Below, one piece after another: positions 49,618-58,516 of a DNA stretch of 64,000 nucleotides. The translations under genes were made by a program, and so were the position numbers. The first letter of the stretch is position 1, and every line of letters starts with the position of its first letter. The notes beneath the pieces are model-generated. The model had not been told where the DNA came from. It worked only from the letters and a program-made list of their open reading frames with translations, and did no database searches. Location: IMG/VR virus record IMGVR_UViG_3300031963_009887, positions 24,080 through 88,079 of that record; one strand, written 5' to 3'. The stretch is from a virus. Lineage: Duplodnaviria; Caudoviricetes.

Positions 49618-50181
49618 ATGAAAGTTATATTTTTGGACCACGATGGTGTTATCTGTCTGTACGATAACTGGGGTACCCGTTTAAAAAAACAAAAAGAATG
49701 GGGTGGTCGTAAACTGTCAATGGGATTATTAGAAATACCACTTGAATATCGTTTTGATAATTTTGACCAAAAGGCTGTAAAGGTTCTTAACGAAATCTTA
49801 AAAGCAACAGGTGCTGAGATTGTTGTATCATCAGATTGGAAACGTTGGGCAACCGTTGAAGAAATGGGACAATACTACGAATCACAAGGTATTATCAAAA
49901 AACCAATTGCTTTTACCGATTCTATCTTGTATGATGATTATGAAAATTTCCCATGGCATAGAAGCTTGGATAAAGAGCAAACTCGTAGTTTAGAAATTTC
50001 ACAGTATCTTGGACAAAATTCGCATATAACTCATTGGGTTTCAATTGATGATTTGGATATGTCACTAAAAGGTGAAGGTGAAAAAATGTGGGGACTTAAA
50101 AACTTTGTTTTAACTCCAATGCAACTTGAGGGTATTAAACAATCAGGTATTAAAGAAAAAATATTAAAATTTTTAGAATAA
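49618..50181 (+). CDS. HAD-domain phosphatase of the Swiss-Army-Knife RNA-repair type (HAD_SAK_2-like)
   Basis: VIFLDHDGV, IVVSSDW, WVSIDD; TACCTTTG 4 nt before ATG. Confidence 0.8.
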   Translation: MKVIFLDHDGVICLYDNWGTRLKKQKEWGGRKLSMGLLEIPLEYRFDNFDQKAVKVLNEILKATGAEIVVSSDWKRWATVEEMGQYYESQGIIKKPIAFTDSILYDDYENFPWHRSLDKEQTRSLEISQYLGQNSHITHWVSIDDLDMSLKGEGEKMWGLKNFVLTPMQLEGIKQSGIKEKILKFLE

Positions 50182-50381
50182 TGAAAAATAAAATAACATT
50201 CCACAAAAGTCATCATTCAAATGACTACATCACACAAATTACATTTATTCCAACCATTTCATATCTAAGTAGTTATGAATTTATTGAAACAGGTGTTGAA
50301 ACACCTTACCATATCCTTTGTTTTAGTTTTTGGAAATGGGACTTTTTTATCAAATACGGAGTTGATTTAAAGAAATTTTAA
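50181..50381 (+). CDS. Small hypothetical protein
   Basis: ORF track. Confidence 0.5.
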   Translation: MKNKITFHKSHHSNDYITQITFIPTISYLSSYEFIETGVETPYHILCFSFWKWDFFIKYGVDLKKF

Positions 50382-50397
50382 AATTATATTTAACACA

Positions 50398-50598
50398 ATG
50401 AAAACACTCAGAAACACTAAGACAGGTGAACTCAAACGAGTACACGACAAAGAAGCACAGAAACTATTTTTACAAACTTATTTGGGTTGGCAGTATTGTC
50501 CTAAGAATGTTTGGAAAACTGAAATGGGAACAGCAAAATCAACTGAAACCAAGAAAGAAAAAAATGAAACCAAATCAAGAAAAAACGTTTCTAAATAA
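50398..50598 (+). CDS. Small basic hypothetical protein
   Basis: ORF track. Confidence 0.55.
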   Translation: MKTLRNTKTGELKRVHDKEAQKLFLQTYLGWQYCPKNVWKTEMGTAKSTETKKEKNETKSRKNVSK

Positions 50599-50752
50599 AC
50601 TGAGGCAACCAATCCATATCAGTTACATTTCAAAATACATTTTGAAAACTGATATGGATGAAACCAAAGAAATTTTACAGAAATATATTGATGAAGGTAT
50701 CATAGAGGAGAGTAATATTTCGGATGGTTATTATGGTGTTAAAACTAAGTAA
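50564..50752 (+). CDS. Small winged-helix-like protein
   Basis: PIHISYISKYILKT..ETKEILQKYIDEGIIEE..GYY; ATG 50564. Confidence 0.5.
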   Translation: MKPNQEKTFLNKLRQPIHISYISKYILKTDMDETKEILQKYIDEGIIEESNISDGYYGVKTK

Positions 50753-50770
50753 AAATTATTTTAGTATAAT

Positions 50771-51976
50771 ATGAAAACAAAATTAGAATATATTTGGTTA
50801 GATGGTTATACACCTGAACCAAATTTAAGAAGTAAAATTAAAATTGTTGACCTACCAATGGATTTTGATATAGAGCATCTACCATTGTGGTCTTTTGATG
50901 GTTCATCTACTAAACAAGCTGAAGGTAATTTCTCAGATTGTATTCTTAGACCTGTTAGAATGTATCCTTCATTTGACATTACTCAATACCCAACAACTTA
51001 TGTTTTGTGTGAGGTAATGGACCCAAACACAGGAAATGAACATAAATCTAATTTAAGGGCCAATATAGGTTTAGAAGATGATTCTGTTTGGTTCGGATTT
51101 GAACAAGAGTATGTATTAAAGACTAAAGATGGTAACATTGTTGGTTTCCCTGAAAAAGGATTCCCTAAACCTCAAGGAGAATATTATTGTGGTGTAGGTA
51201 CAAAAAATGTTGCACAAAGAGAATTTGTTGATATGCACTTACAACTGTGTCTAAATGCCGGGTTGGACATTACAGGTATAAATGCTGAAGTGTTGTTAGG
51301 ACAATGGGAGTATCAATTATTTTCTAAAGGAGCTATTAAAGCATCTGATGACTTGTGGATGTCTCGTTATTTGTTGTACAAAACTGCTGAGTATTATGAC
51401 TTGATTATTGATTTGAATCCAAAACCAATAAGACATGGTGATTGGAATGGTTCAGGAATGCATTGTAACTTTTCTAATGAAAAAATGAGAACTGAAGGTG
51501 GCGAGAATTATTTCAAATCTATTTTCAACGCATTTGAATCAAGACATGATGTCCATATTCAAAATTATGGTTCAGGAAATGAGTTTAGATTAACAGGTAA
51601 ACACGAGACACAATCAATTGATAAATTCTCTTGGGGTATTGCTGACCGTGGCGCGTCAATTAGAGTTCCTTTGTCTACCGCAACCAATTGGACTGGTTAT
51701 TTGGAAGATAGAAGACCAGGTTCAAACGCTGACCCATACAGAATTGTTAAAGTAATTTTGGATAGTTTGGAGTTTGCTGAAAAACTTATGAATATGAAAA
51801 ATTATATGAGTGATGTTAATACTGATAATTTAAGTGAAAAGTTTGGTACACTATCAAATAAAGAATTACTCAATGAATATCAAAATGATGAAGAATATGA
51901 GTTAACATCTGAAATCATGGAATCTAGTGCAAACATCCCAACAAAAGAAATCCAATTTAATTTAAATGGAAAATAA
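50771..51976 (+). CDS. glnII: Glutamine synthetase type II with an acidic C-terminal extension
   Basis: WSFDGSST.QA, GFEQEY, GINAEVLLGQWEYQ, DWNGSGMHCNFS, LTGKHET, FSWGIADRGASIRVP, GYLEDRRP. Confidence 0.92.
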   Translation: MKTKLEYIWLDGYTPEPNLRSKIKIVDLPMDFDIEHLPLWSFDGSSTKQAEGNFSDCILRPVRMYPSFDITQYPTTYVLCEVMDPNTGNEHKSNLRANIGLEDDSVWFGFEQEYVLKTKDGNIVGFPEKGFPKPQGEYYCGVGTKNVAQREFVDMHLQLCLNAGLDITGINAEVLLGQWEYQLFSKGAIKASDDLWMSRYLLYKTAEYYDLIIDLNPKPIRHGDWNGSGMHCNFSNEKMRTEGGENYFKSIFNAFESRHDVHIQNYGSGNEFRLTGKHETQSIDKFSWGIADRGASIRVPLSTATNWTGYLEDRRPGSNADPYRIVKVILDSLEFAEKLMNMKNYMSDVNTDNLSEKFGTLSNKELLNEYQNDEEYELTSEIMESSANIPTKEIQFNLNGK

Positions 51977-52157
51977 TAATACAACACCATATGAAAAATG
52001 TGTGAGTTGTAAACGTGAAGTTGGATACACGATTAATACACACATTGACGTTCGTAAAAACTATGTTGAAGGTGTGGGACAACTTTGTTCACAATGTTTT
52101 ATAGAGGTTTATAAAAAAGTACATAAGAAAGATGTTGACATTAATAAGGAGTCATAA
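51966..52157 (+). CDS. Small zinc-finger protein
   Basis: CVSC ... YVEGVGQLCSQC. Confidence 0.65.
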   Translation: MENNNTTPYEKCVSCKREVGYTINTHIDVRKNYVEGVGQLCSQCFIEVYKKVHKKDVDINKES

Positions 52158-52629
52158 AAGAATTATTCTTGTAGGTAAAGCGGCATCAGGTAAAGACCAC
52201 TTGAGAAAGAAGTTTGAATCACGTGGATTTAAATATGCAGTTACTTATACCACAAGACCGCCAAGAGAAGGTGAAATTGAAGGTAAAGATTATTTATTTA
52301 TTACAGATGAAGAGGCAACCAAAATGGTCGAATCAAATATGTTTTATGAACATGTTTACTTCAACGGATGGTTATACGGAACATCAGTAGAACAGTTTTA
52401 TAATAATGATTTATTCATTATGACACCAGCAGGTATTTCATATATCAAACCTGAGGATAGAACAAGTTCATTTATTATCTATACGGATATTAATATGAGT
52501 GTAAGAGAATTTAGACTATCAAAAAGAGATATGCCAGGTGATACATTAACAAGAAGAATTGAAGCAGATGAGTTGGACTTTACGAACTTCAATGATTATG
52601 ATTTAAGAATAACAAACGAAGATTTTTAA
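52132..52629 (+). CDS. gmk: Guanylate kinase-like protein
   Basis: GKAASGKD, TTRPPREGEIEGKDYLF, WLYGT. Confidence 0.85.
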   Translation: MLTLIRSHKRIILVGKAASGKDHLRKKFESRGFKYAVTYTTRPPREGEIEGKDYLFITDEEATKMVESNMFYEHVYFNGWLYGTSVEQFYNNDLFIMTPAGISYIKPEDRTSSFIIYTDINMSVREFRLSKRDMPGDTLTRRIEADELDFTNFNDYDLRITNEDF

Positions 52630-52630
52630 A

Positions 52631-53494
52631 ATGAACAACTTAGATAACTATTTAAACAAGATTACCACAGGTGATTGTCGTGAAGTAATGAGAGAAATGC
52701 CGGCAAACTCAATTGACCTTATGGTTACATCGCCACCATACGGAGTTGGAATTGCATACGATTCATTTGATGATGACATGAATTTTGAAGCGTATAAGGA
52801 ATTTTCAAGGGAATGGTTGTCAGAAGCATTTAGAGTTTTAAAACCCGATGGAAGATTAGCATTAAACATTCCGTATGAAATTAACCGTCAAGAAAAAGGT
52901 GGAAGAATCTTTATGATTGCAGAACTTTGGAACATCTTGGCGAGTATCGGTTATAAGTTTTACGGTGTTGTTGATTTGGAAGAATCATCGCCACATAGAA
53001 GTAAAACAACTGCGTGGGGTAGTTGGATGAGTCCATCATCACCATACATTTATAATCCAAAAGAGTGTGTGTTGTTGTGTTACAAACAGTTGTCAAAAAA
53101 ACAAACCAAAGGTACACCGCAATGGAAGTCATGGGTTGAAGAAGTTGAAGGTAAAAATAAAACCATGTATGAAAAATCAGATAAAGATGATTTTATCAGT
53201 TTGGTCTATGGACAATGGAATTATTTTGCTGACACAAAACAACAAACCAAGGCAACTTTTTCAATGGACATTCCTGTAAGAGCAATGAAGATTTTGTCTT
53301 ACAAAGAAGACATTGTTATGGACCCTTTCATGGGTTCAGGAACATCAGCAGTTGCTGCTGAGTTTGTTGGAAGAAATTGGGTAGGAATTGAATTGAGTCC
53401 AAATTACACAGAGGTTGCAAACAAACGACTTTTAGAGTACCGAGCCAAGTTACTACAAATGAAACTTGAATTGGAAGAGGTTAGTAAATTCTAA
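52631..53494 (+). CDS. Beta-class N4/N6 DNA methyltransferase
   Basis: TSPPY, KATFSMDIP, VMDPFMGSGTS. Confidence 0.9.
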   Translation: MNNLDNYLNKITTGDCREVMREMPANSIDLMVTSPPYGVGIAYDSFDDDMNFEAYKEFSREWLSEAFRVLKPDGRLALNIPYEINRQEKGGRIFMIAELWNILASIGYKFYGVVDLEESSPHRSKTTAWGSWMSPSSPYIYNPKECVLLCYKQLSKKQTKGTPQWKSWVEEVEGKNKTMYEKSDKDDFISLVYGQWNYFADTKQQTKATFSMDIPVRAMKILSYKEDIVMDPFMGSGTSAVAAEFVGRNWVGIELSPNYTEVANKRLLEYRAKLLQMKLELEEVSKF

Positions 53495-53507
53495 CCTCTT
53501 TTTTTTG
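53475..53507 (+). terminator. Intrinsic terminator
   Basis: aagaggttag-taaatt-ctaacctctt plus T run. Confidence 0.8.
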
Positions 53508-53535
53508 TTTCCGTATATTTATATTAAAAGTTAAT

Positions 53536-54270
53536 ATGGAAAATACGTCAGAAATAGTAGCAGGTCTACAAGAATTACAAAATCAAGTTAAATATTTTCA
53601 CTGGCAAACTAAATCATATGCTCAACACCAAGCTTTGGCTAAAGTATTTGATTCAATTACTGAGTTAATAGATACGTTTGTTGAAACGTTAATGGGTAAA
53701 TATGGTAGACCATCTACCAAAGGTCAGAAATTTGAAATGTTTGATTTGGAAGATGTTAATATTGAAGAATGGACTGGTGGTGTTTGTGATTTATTAATTT
53801 CATTTAGTGATGTATTAGATGATGTACAAGATACTGACCTTTTGAATCTCAGAGATGAAATGTTACAGAATTTTAACCAATTAAAGTATTTATTAACATT
53901 AAAAGAAAATATGAATAAGAAAAAAGTTATTAAATTAAGTGAAAACGATTTATATAGAATTGTTAAGCGAGTTATCAATGAACAAGCGTCAGATTCAAAT
54001 AGAAAAAAATCAATTCAATGTTTTTTAAGTAAAAAAGGTTTATACAAAGGTGAAATAGATGGTTTGATGGGTGAAAAAACTGAAACGGCAATAGAACAAT
54101 ACCAAGTTAACGTTAAAGTGTATCCATCTGATGGAGTTTGGGGACCTGAAACTGAAAAGAAGATGAATGATGCTGATAAAAAAATATTTAAAGCGTGTCA
54201 GGACCAATATGGTGACATGATGGATAAAATTGTTGGTGGAGTATCTAAATTTTTTGGATTGGAGGACTAA
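53536..54270 (+). CDS. Ferritin/Dps-like four-helix domain fused via a VIKLSENDL..VINE linker to a peptidoglycan-binding-like domain
   Basis: FHWQTKSYAQHQAL..IDTFVE..LRDEM; IDGLMGEKTETAIEQYQ..SDGVWGPET. Confidence 0.7.
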   Translation: MENTSEIVAGLQELQNQVKYFHWQTKSYAQHQALAKVFDSITELIDTFVETLMGKYGRPSTKGQKFEMFDLEDVNIEEWTGGVCDLLISFSDVLDDVQDTDLLNLRDEMLQNFNQLKYLLTLKENMNKKKVIKLSENDLYRIVKRVINEQASDSNRKKSIQCFLSKKGLYKGEIDGLMGEKTETAIEQYQVNVKVYPSDGVWGPETEKKMNDADKKIFKACQDQYGDMMDKIVGGVSKFFGLED

Positions 54271-55682
54271 TGGCTAAAACTATCATCAGAGAATCTGGTA
54301 TCCGTGATATCAATGCACTTGCTAAAAGATATCCAAAAGCGGAGATTTACTTCCACCAAGATTTGGATGGAGTAACAACCGCATTGGCAATGAAAAAATA
54401 TCTTGAGGACAATGGTATTAATGTCGTAGATGCTCACATAATTCAATATGGTGACAAGGAGTTCGCTGTTAAAAAGAATGACGCCACAGGTGATGTAATG
54501 CCTGTTCTTGTTGATTTTGCACATGGTAAACCTATGTTCAAGATTCATACTGACCACCACGACAAACAAGTGGGAACTGGATATACAAGTTCAACGTCAT
54601 TTAGAGAGTCACCGTCAAATGTTGCAACAATATCTCAAGTTGTTTCACCAAGAGAAATATTCTCAGATAGTGATATCAGAATTATATCAACGGTTGATGC
54701 TGCTAAGTTTACACAAGCAGGTTTAAAACCAAAAGATGTTATGAATTTCTTATTCAGAATGGACACTGAAAAAGAGTTAAGTAAAAATAAATTTGCGATG
54801 GGATTGGTTTGTAATAAGTTATTATTGGCTTATAAAAACAAACCAGGTTTCTTAGAAGAATTGGTAATGAATGCACAACCATCATTGACAAGTATTCTAA
54901 CCAACATTAAAAGAATTGCAAAAGAAAAGAATTTTGCCACACCAGAAATGATGGCAAAAAACCAAGAAGATTATATTAAGGCTCAAAAGAACAGTCCTAA
55001 TGTAAAATTTGAAGATGGGATTATTATTCAATACGGAGGAGGTAGTATGTTCAAACCAGGTTCATACGATAGATACACGCCATTTGAAAATTATCCTGAA
55101 GCCGACTTTATTGTTATCGCATGGCCAATGGGATTGGTACAAGCGTCTTGTAACCCATATAAAGAAGATAGAGCACTTAAAGGTGTAAACTTAGGTGAGA
55201 TGAAAGATGTTATTGTAAACGGTCTTAAATCTTGGGGTAGTGATAAAATTATCCCTTTGTCAACAATCAAATGGGTTAGTGAATCGTCGAGAGATTTTGG
55301 TTCAGAATCTGTTGGATTTACAAGTACTGACCTAAAAGCATTTTACGGAGATAAATTTAAAGCAGTTGATGGTGGTGAAAAATATTTAGATATGTTAATG
55401 ACATTGATGGATATACCATATGATGAATTAACTGAAGAACAATTAAAAGTATTAGATAAATTTGGTGTTCCAATTGGTGAATTGATTGATGAAAATTCAG
55501 GTGGACACAAATGTATTACAAATATATCAGGTTTGAATTACTACGGAAGAAGTAAAAGAAAACCAAGAAGTAAGGGAGGTTACGATAGAGATGAGGATGA
55601 CGCACCATACGTTGCGTTAACCAAGAACATTCAGAAAAAATTTGTTGATTTGTTAAAGAAAGAAATTAATATGAAATCTTAA
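54270..55682 (+). CDS. DHH-family phosphoesterase-like protein
   Basis: YFHQDLDG, VDFAH, HTDHHD, SGGH. Confidence 0.75.
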   Translation: MAKTIIRESGIRDINALAKRYPKAEIYFHQDLDGVTTALAMKKYLEDNGINVVDAHIIQYGDKEFAVKKNDATGDVMPVLVDFAHGKPMFKIHTDHHDKQVGTGYTSSTSFRESPSNVATISQVVSPREIFSDSDIRIISTVDAAKFTQAGLKPKDVMNFLFRMDTEKELSKNKFAMGLVCNKLLLAYKNKPGFLEELVMNAQPSLTSILTNIKRIAKEKNFATPEMMAKNQEDYIKAQKNSPNVKFEDGIIIQYGGGSMFKPGSYDRYTPFENYPEADFIVIAWPMGLVQASCNPYKEDRALKGVNLGEMKDVIVNGLKSWGSDKIIPLSTIKWVSESSRDFGSESVGFTSTDLKAFYGDKFKAVDGGEKYLDMLMTLMDIPYDELTEEQLKVLDKFGVPIGELIDENSGGHKCITNISGLNYYGRSKRKPRSKGGYDRDEDDAPYVALTKNIQKKFVDLLKKEINMKS

Positions 55683-56019
55683 TCTTTTGACCTTTTTCTA
55701 TACCACACTCATCACAAGTACCACCCGCTAATTCCAAAACATATTTACCATGACCTAAGTAATGTTCACAATCATTTGATGAACACGGTGGACAATTTTT
55801 TTGAATACTTTGTATTGTCATGTCATCATTGATAAAAACAATATCCAACGGGATTATACAATTTTTCATCCAAAAACTTTGTTCTTCATTGTTACCCATC
55901 ATAAATAACATACCATTGAAATCTGAATTAAATCTTTGCCCCATCATTCCTTTTTGAATTGTTTCAGGAGTGACACAAACTCTGATTTTAAACATGTTAT
56001 CATTTACAAATACATTCAT
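55666..56019 (-). CDS. DUF192 (UPF0127) family protein
   Basis: KGMM..GMLF..FWMKNCIIPLDIVFI..YVLEL. Confidence 0.85.
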   Translation of the reverse strand: MNVFVNDNMFKIRVCVTPETIQKGMMGQRFNSDFNGMLFMMGNNEEQSFWMKNCIIPLDIVFINDDMTIQSIQKNCPPCSSNDCEHYLGHGKYVLELAGGTCDECGIEKGQKIKISY

Positions 56020-56040
56020 ACTTATTATAAATATGTTACT

Positions 56041-56442
56041 ATGAAAGAATATGCTGGTATTGTAGTTAGAGTAGATAATAAGTGTTTAATGTGTAAAAGG
56101 GCTTCATTCCATAACTTTTTACCTAACGTATGGTCAATACCATCAGGACACTTAGAAGAAGGGGAAACACCAAGAGATGGTGCAATACGTGAATTTATTG
56201 AGGAAACAAATATGGAAGTAAATAACATTAAATATGTTTCTGCAATTATTAATAGTGATAGAAAAGGTAATCCTGAAAGTAAGATGTATGTTTTTGTAAT
56301 GAACTTATCAGATGAAGTATTACCTAACTTAAAAATAGCTAAAGACGGACATGAACACACAGAGTGTAAATACTTTTCAAAGGACGAATTACCACAAACA
56401 ACTGACAAACTAAAAAAAGTTTTAGAAATTTTGTTGATGTAA
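56041..56442 (+). CDS. NUDIX hydrolase
   Basis: Nudix box SGHLEEGETPRDGAIREFIEET. Confidence 0.9.
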   Translation: MKEYAGIVVRVDNKCLMCKRASFHNFLPNVWSIPSGHLEEGETPRDGAIREFIEETNMEVNNIKYVSAIINSDRKGNPESKMYVFVMNLSDEVLPNLKIAKDGHEHTECKYFSKDELPQTTDKLKKVLEILLM

Positions 56443-56466
56443 TTTGACTTTTCAAAAATAAAGGCA

Positions 56467-56551
56467 TATTTATTTATCACAATCCCAAAAAGATTTATTT
56501 AAAAAGTTTTTTAAAGGTACTTGATTAACTCAAAAACTTTACTTAACTTTG
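56467..56551 (+). promoter_or_regulatory. Dual promoter region: TATTTAT twice (56467-56477) and Bacteroidota-type CTTG-N20-TAACTTTG (56520-56551)
   Basis: Motif matches directly upstream of the ORF-free kilobase. Confidence 0.7.
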
Positions 56552-57500
56552 TAGTCCCATTAGGGAAACGTTCTTTAAATTATGAGTATGTCCAATTCAG
56601 GACAAAAAAAATGGACCCCTCCATTCTAAAGTTCTGAATTGATAACAGACATAATTCGGCGGTTTAGCGTCGATACAAGATAACCCCAGTAATGGGACTA
56701 TAGGGGAGAAAGTACTCAACGGTACAAATATCTCGGTGTCACGAAAGTGGCTCACAACTAAACAAATTACCTACGAATAATTTCTTATGGGCAACAGCTG
56801 AGAGAAGTTATTTATCCTGACCACGTGAGGTGTCAGGGTTGAGATGGAGACATCAACAGGAAAAGGTAAAGGGAATGGTTCGACTCCGCCGCCAAGTGGA
56901 TGTAGGGCTAGGTCACCAATTTATCACAGGTATCCAAGTGGTAACACAACGATATCAAGATAAGTCGTAGTCTTGGCGGATTACAGAAAGGTGAGTGGTA
57001 TTTCCTTCTTCAAAAGAGAAGCTATCCACCTCAGAGCTCATCTTTCATTACACTCACTATGTTGATTTTATGAAAAAATAAAACTACAGAAAAGGAAAAG
57101 CCTCTGAGCGGTTAAACTGAAAGTCACCTAATTCCTTGAACGAAAGTTAACAAGGAAATTGACAGGACCCCAAGTCCTTCAGTTTTGACTAAGAAAGTCC
57201 TAGTACCTGGGCACGGGTTTAGGGAGTCCGCAAGATTCCATAGAGACAAGTAATAGTTGAGTAAGTTTAACCGAAACGATTGATTGACGTAAACAATCGG
57301 TGATGACTTGATACTGATGGCAACATTAGTGGATACGAGAGGAAACCTTAGTCGGGTATAATCTCTACAAAAGACAGGTCAACTAAACGAGTAATCTCAT
57401 CGTTTTAGCCAGAACCCCTTCAAGGATAGCATCCTTGAACCGACTTTGATTAAAGTTTCAAACCCAACCCCACGATAAACCAATTTCGTGGGGTTTTTTA
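56552..57500 (+). ncRNA. Large (about 950 nt) highly structured RNA, GOLLD-like or a new ornate class
   Basis: No ORF in the track, GC-richer than flanks, promoter and terminator; many hairpins with GNRA loops and long-range complementarities (see findings). Confidence 0.8.
57466..57500 (+). terminator. Intrinsic terminator closing the large RNA
   Basis: aaccccacga-N10-tcgtggggtt-tttt. Confidence 0.85.
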
Positions 57501-57532
57501 TTTGGTATTATCAAAAGTTTTTATTATCTTTG
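57501..57532 (+). promoter_or_regulatory. Bacteroidota-type promoter TTTG-N20-TATCTTTG
   Basis: ATG 57537 lies 4 nt after the -7 element. Confidence 0.75.
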
Positions 57533-57536
57533 TTGT

Positions 57537-57806
57537 ATGAATTACCAATTAAGAATGTTCCACCCACAGTATGGCGAGTTAACCACACCAACATTCACTG
57601 ACACAGTTCAGTTCAGAATCTTTTGTAAGATGGTTCAGGGTTGTTTGGCGTTGAAACAAGACCTAACCACATATGATGCTCAGGATTTGTTCATTCACAT
57701 TCCATTTAAGGTTTTGACTGAGTGTGTGATTGTATCAGGGGTTAAGGAACCGATGATGACTTTGGCAGAATACGCTAAGGAAAAATCAAAAGCTGTTAGT
57801 CAATAA
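57537..57806 (+). CDS. Hypothetical protein
   Basis: ORF with its own promoter. Confidence 0.7.
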   Translation: MNYQLRMFHPQYGELTTPTFTDTVQFRIFCKMVQGCLALKQDLTTYDAQDLFIHIPFKVLTECVIVSGVKEPMMTLAEYAKEKSKAVSQ

Positions 57807-58512
57807 CAAACGGACTACTATCCTCTATTTTGATTTCGGGATTAATCATCCCAAGAAATTCACTATCACCATAGTCGGTATCGTAAGTTTCATGGGGATA
57901 ATTCCAAAAATCTTCTTTTAAATGAATTGAGATTTTTTCAGCGTCTTCATCGTTCATGGCATAAAATTCAATATAATATGTGTTATATTCAGTTTGTCTT
58001 CTTTCTTCAGTCCATTCAAATTTATATTCTTTCAATCTTTTAATTGGTGTTGATGATGTAATGGTTTTTCCAATGTTTTCATAAGCACAAAGAATATATT
58101 GAAAAAATGATGATTCACTATAACCACCTGGTAAATTCAAGTAACGTAAAAGACTGCTGAAATGTGCGATTTTAATGTCCATATGTTCACCATTATCATA
58201 ACTGTTTTTTAACTCTTGTAATTCATCAGGGGTATAATTGTCCATAATGTAATCAACAATAAACACTTCTTTTTCAGTTAAAGTTGATGGACCATTTTTT
58301 GACTCAATTAACTTTAATAATGATAACGGCTTAACTTTTGTATCCCTGTTAACCAATTTAAATTGGTCGGTATTATTTAACTCAAAGTTTTGATTTGTAA
58401 AAATATCTCTACCTACCCAAGAACCTTCAACTTTTTCAACCAATTTCAAAACTCTTGAACCTTTTGATTCACAGAATAACACATCGTTCTTTTTTAAATT
58501 TTCGTATCTCAT
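57796..58512 (-). CDS. Hypothetical protein, paralogue of 58517-59254
   Basis: Shared NLKKNDVxFxESKGSRV, KPxSLL, TLTEKEVF and DYGDSxFxGM motifs. Confidence 0.8.
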   Translation of the reverse strand: MRYENLKKNDVLFCESKGSRVLKLVEKVEGSWVGRDIFTNQNFELNNTDQFKLVNRDTKVKPLSLLKLIESKNGPSTLTEKEVFIVDYIMDNYTPDELQELKNSYDNGEHMDIKIAHFSSLLRYLNLPGGYSESSFFQYILCAYENIGKTITSSTPIKRLKEYKFEWTEERRQTEYNTYYIEFYAMNDEDAEKISIHLKEDFWNYPHETYDTDYGDSEFLGMINPEIKIEDSSPFVID

Positions 58513-58516
58513 AATA

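Noticed and set aside
56860-56900. GGTTCGACTCC as a tRNA T-arm
   Set aside because: Only a 2-3 bp stem flanks it, and no acceptor, D or anticodon arms can be built; treated as a T-loop motif inside the large RNA
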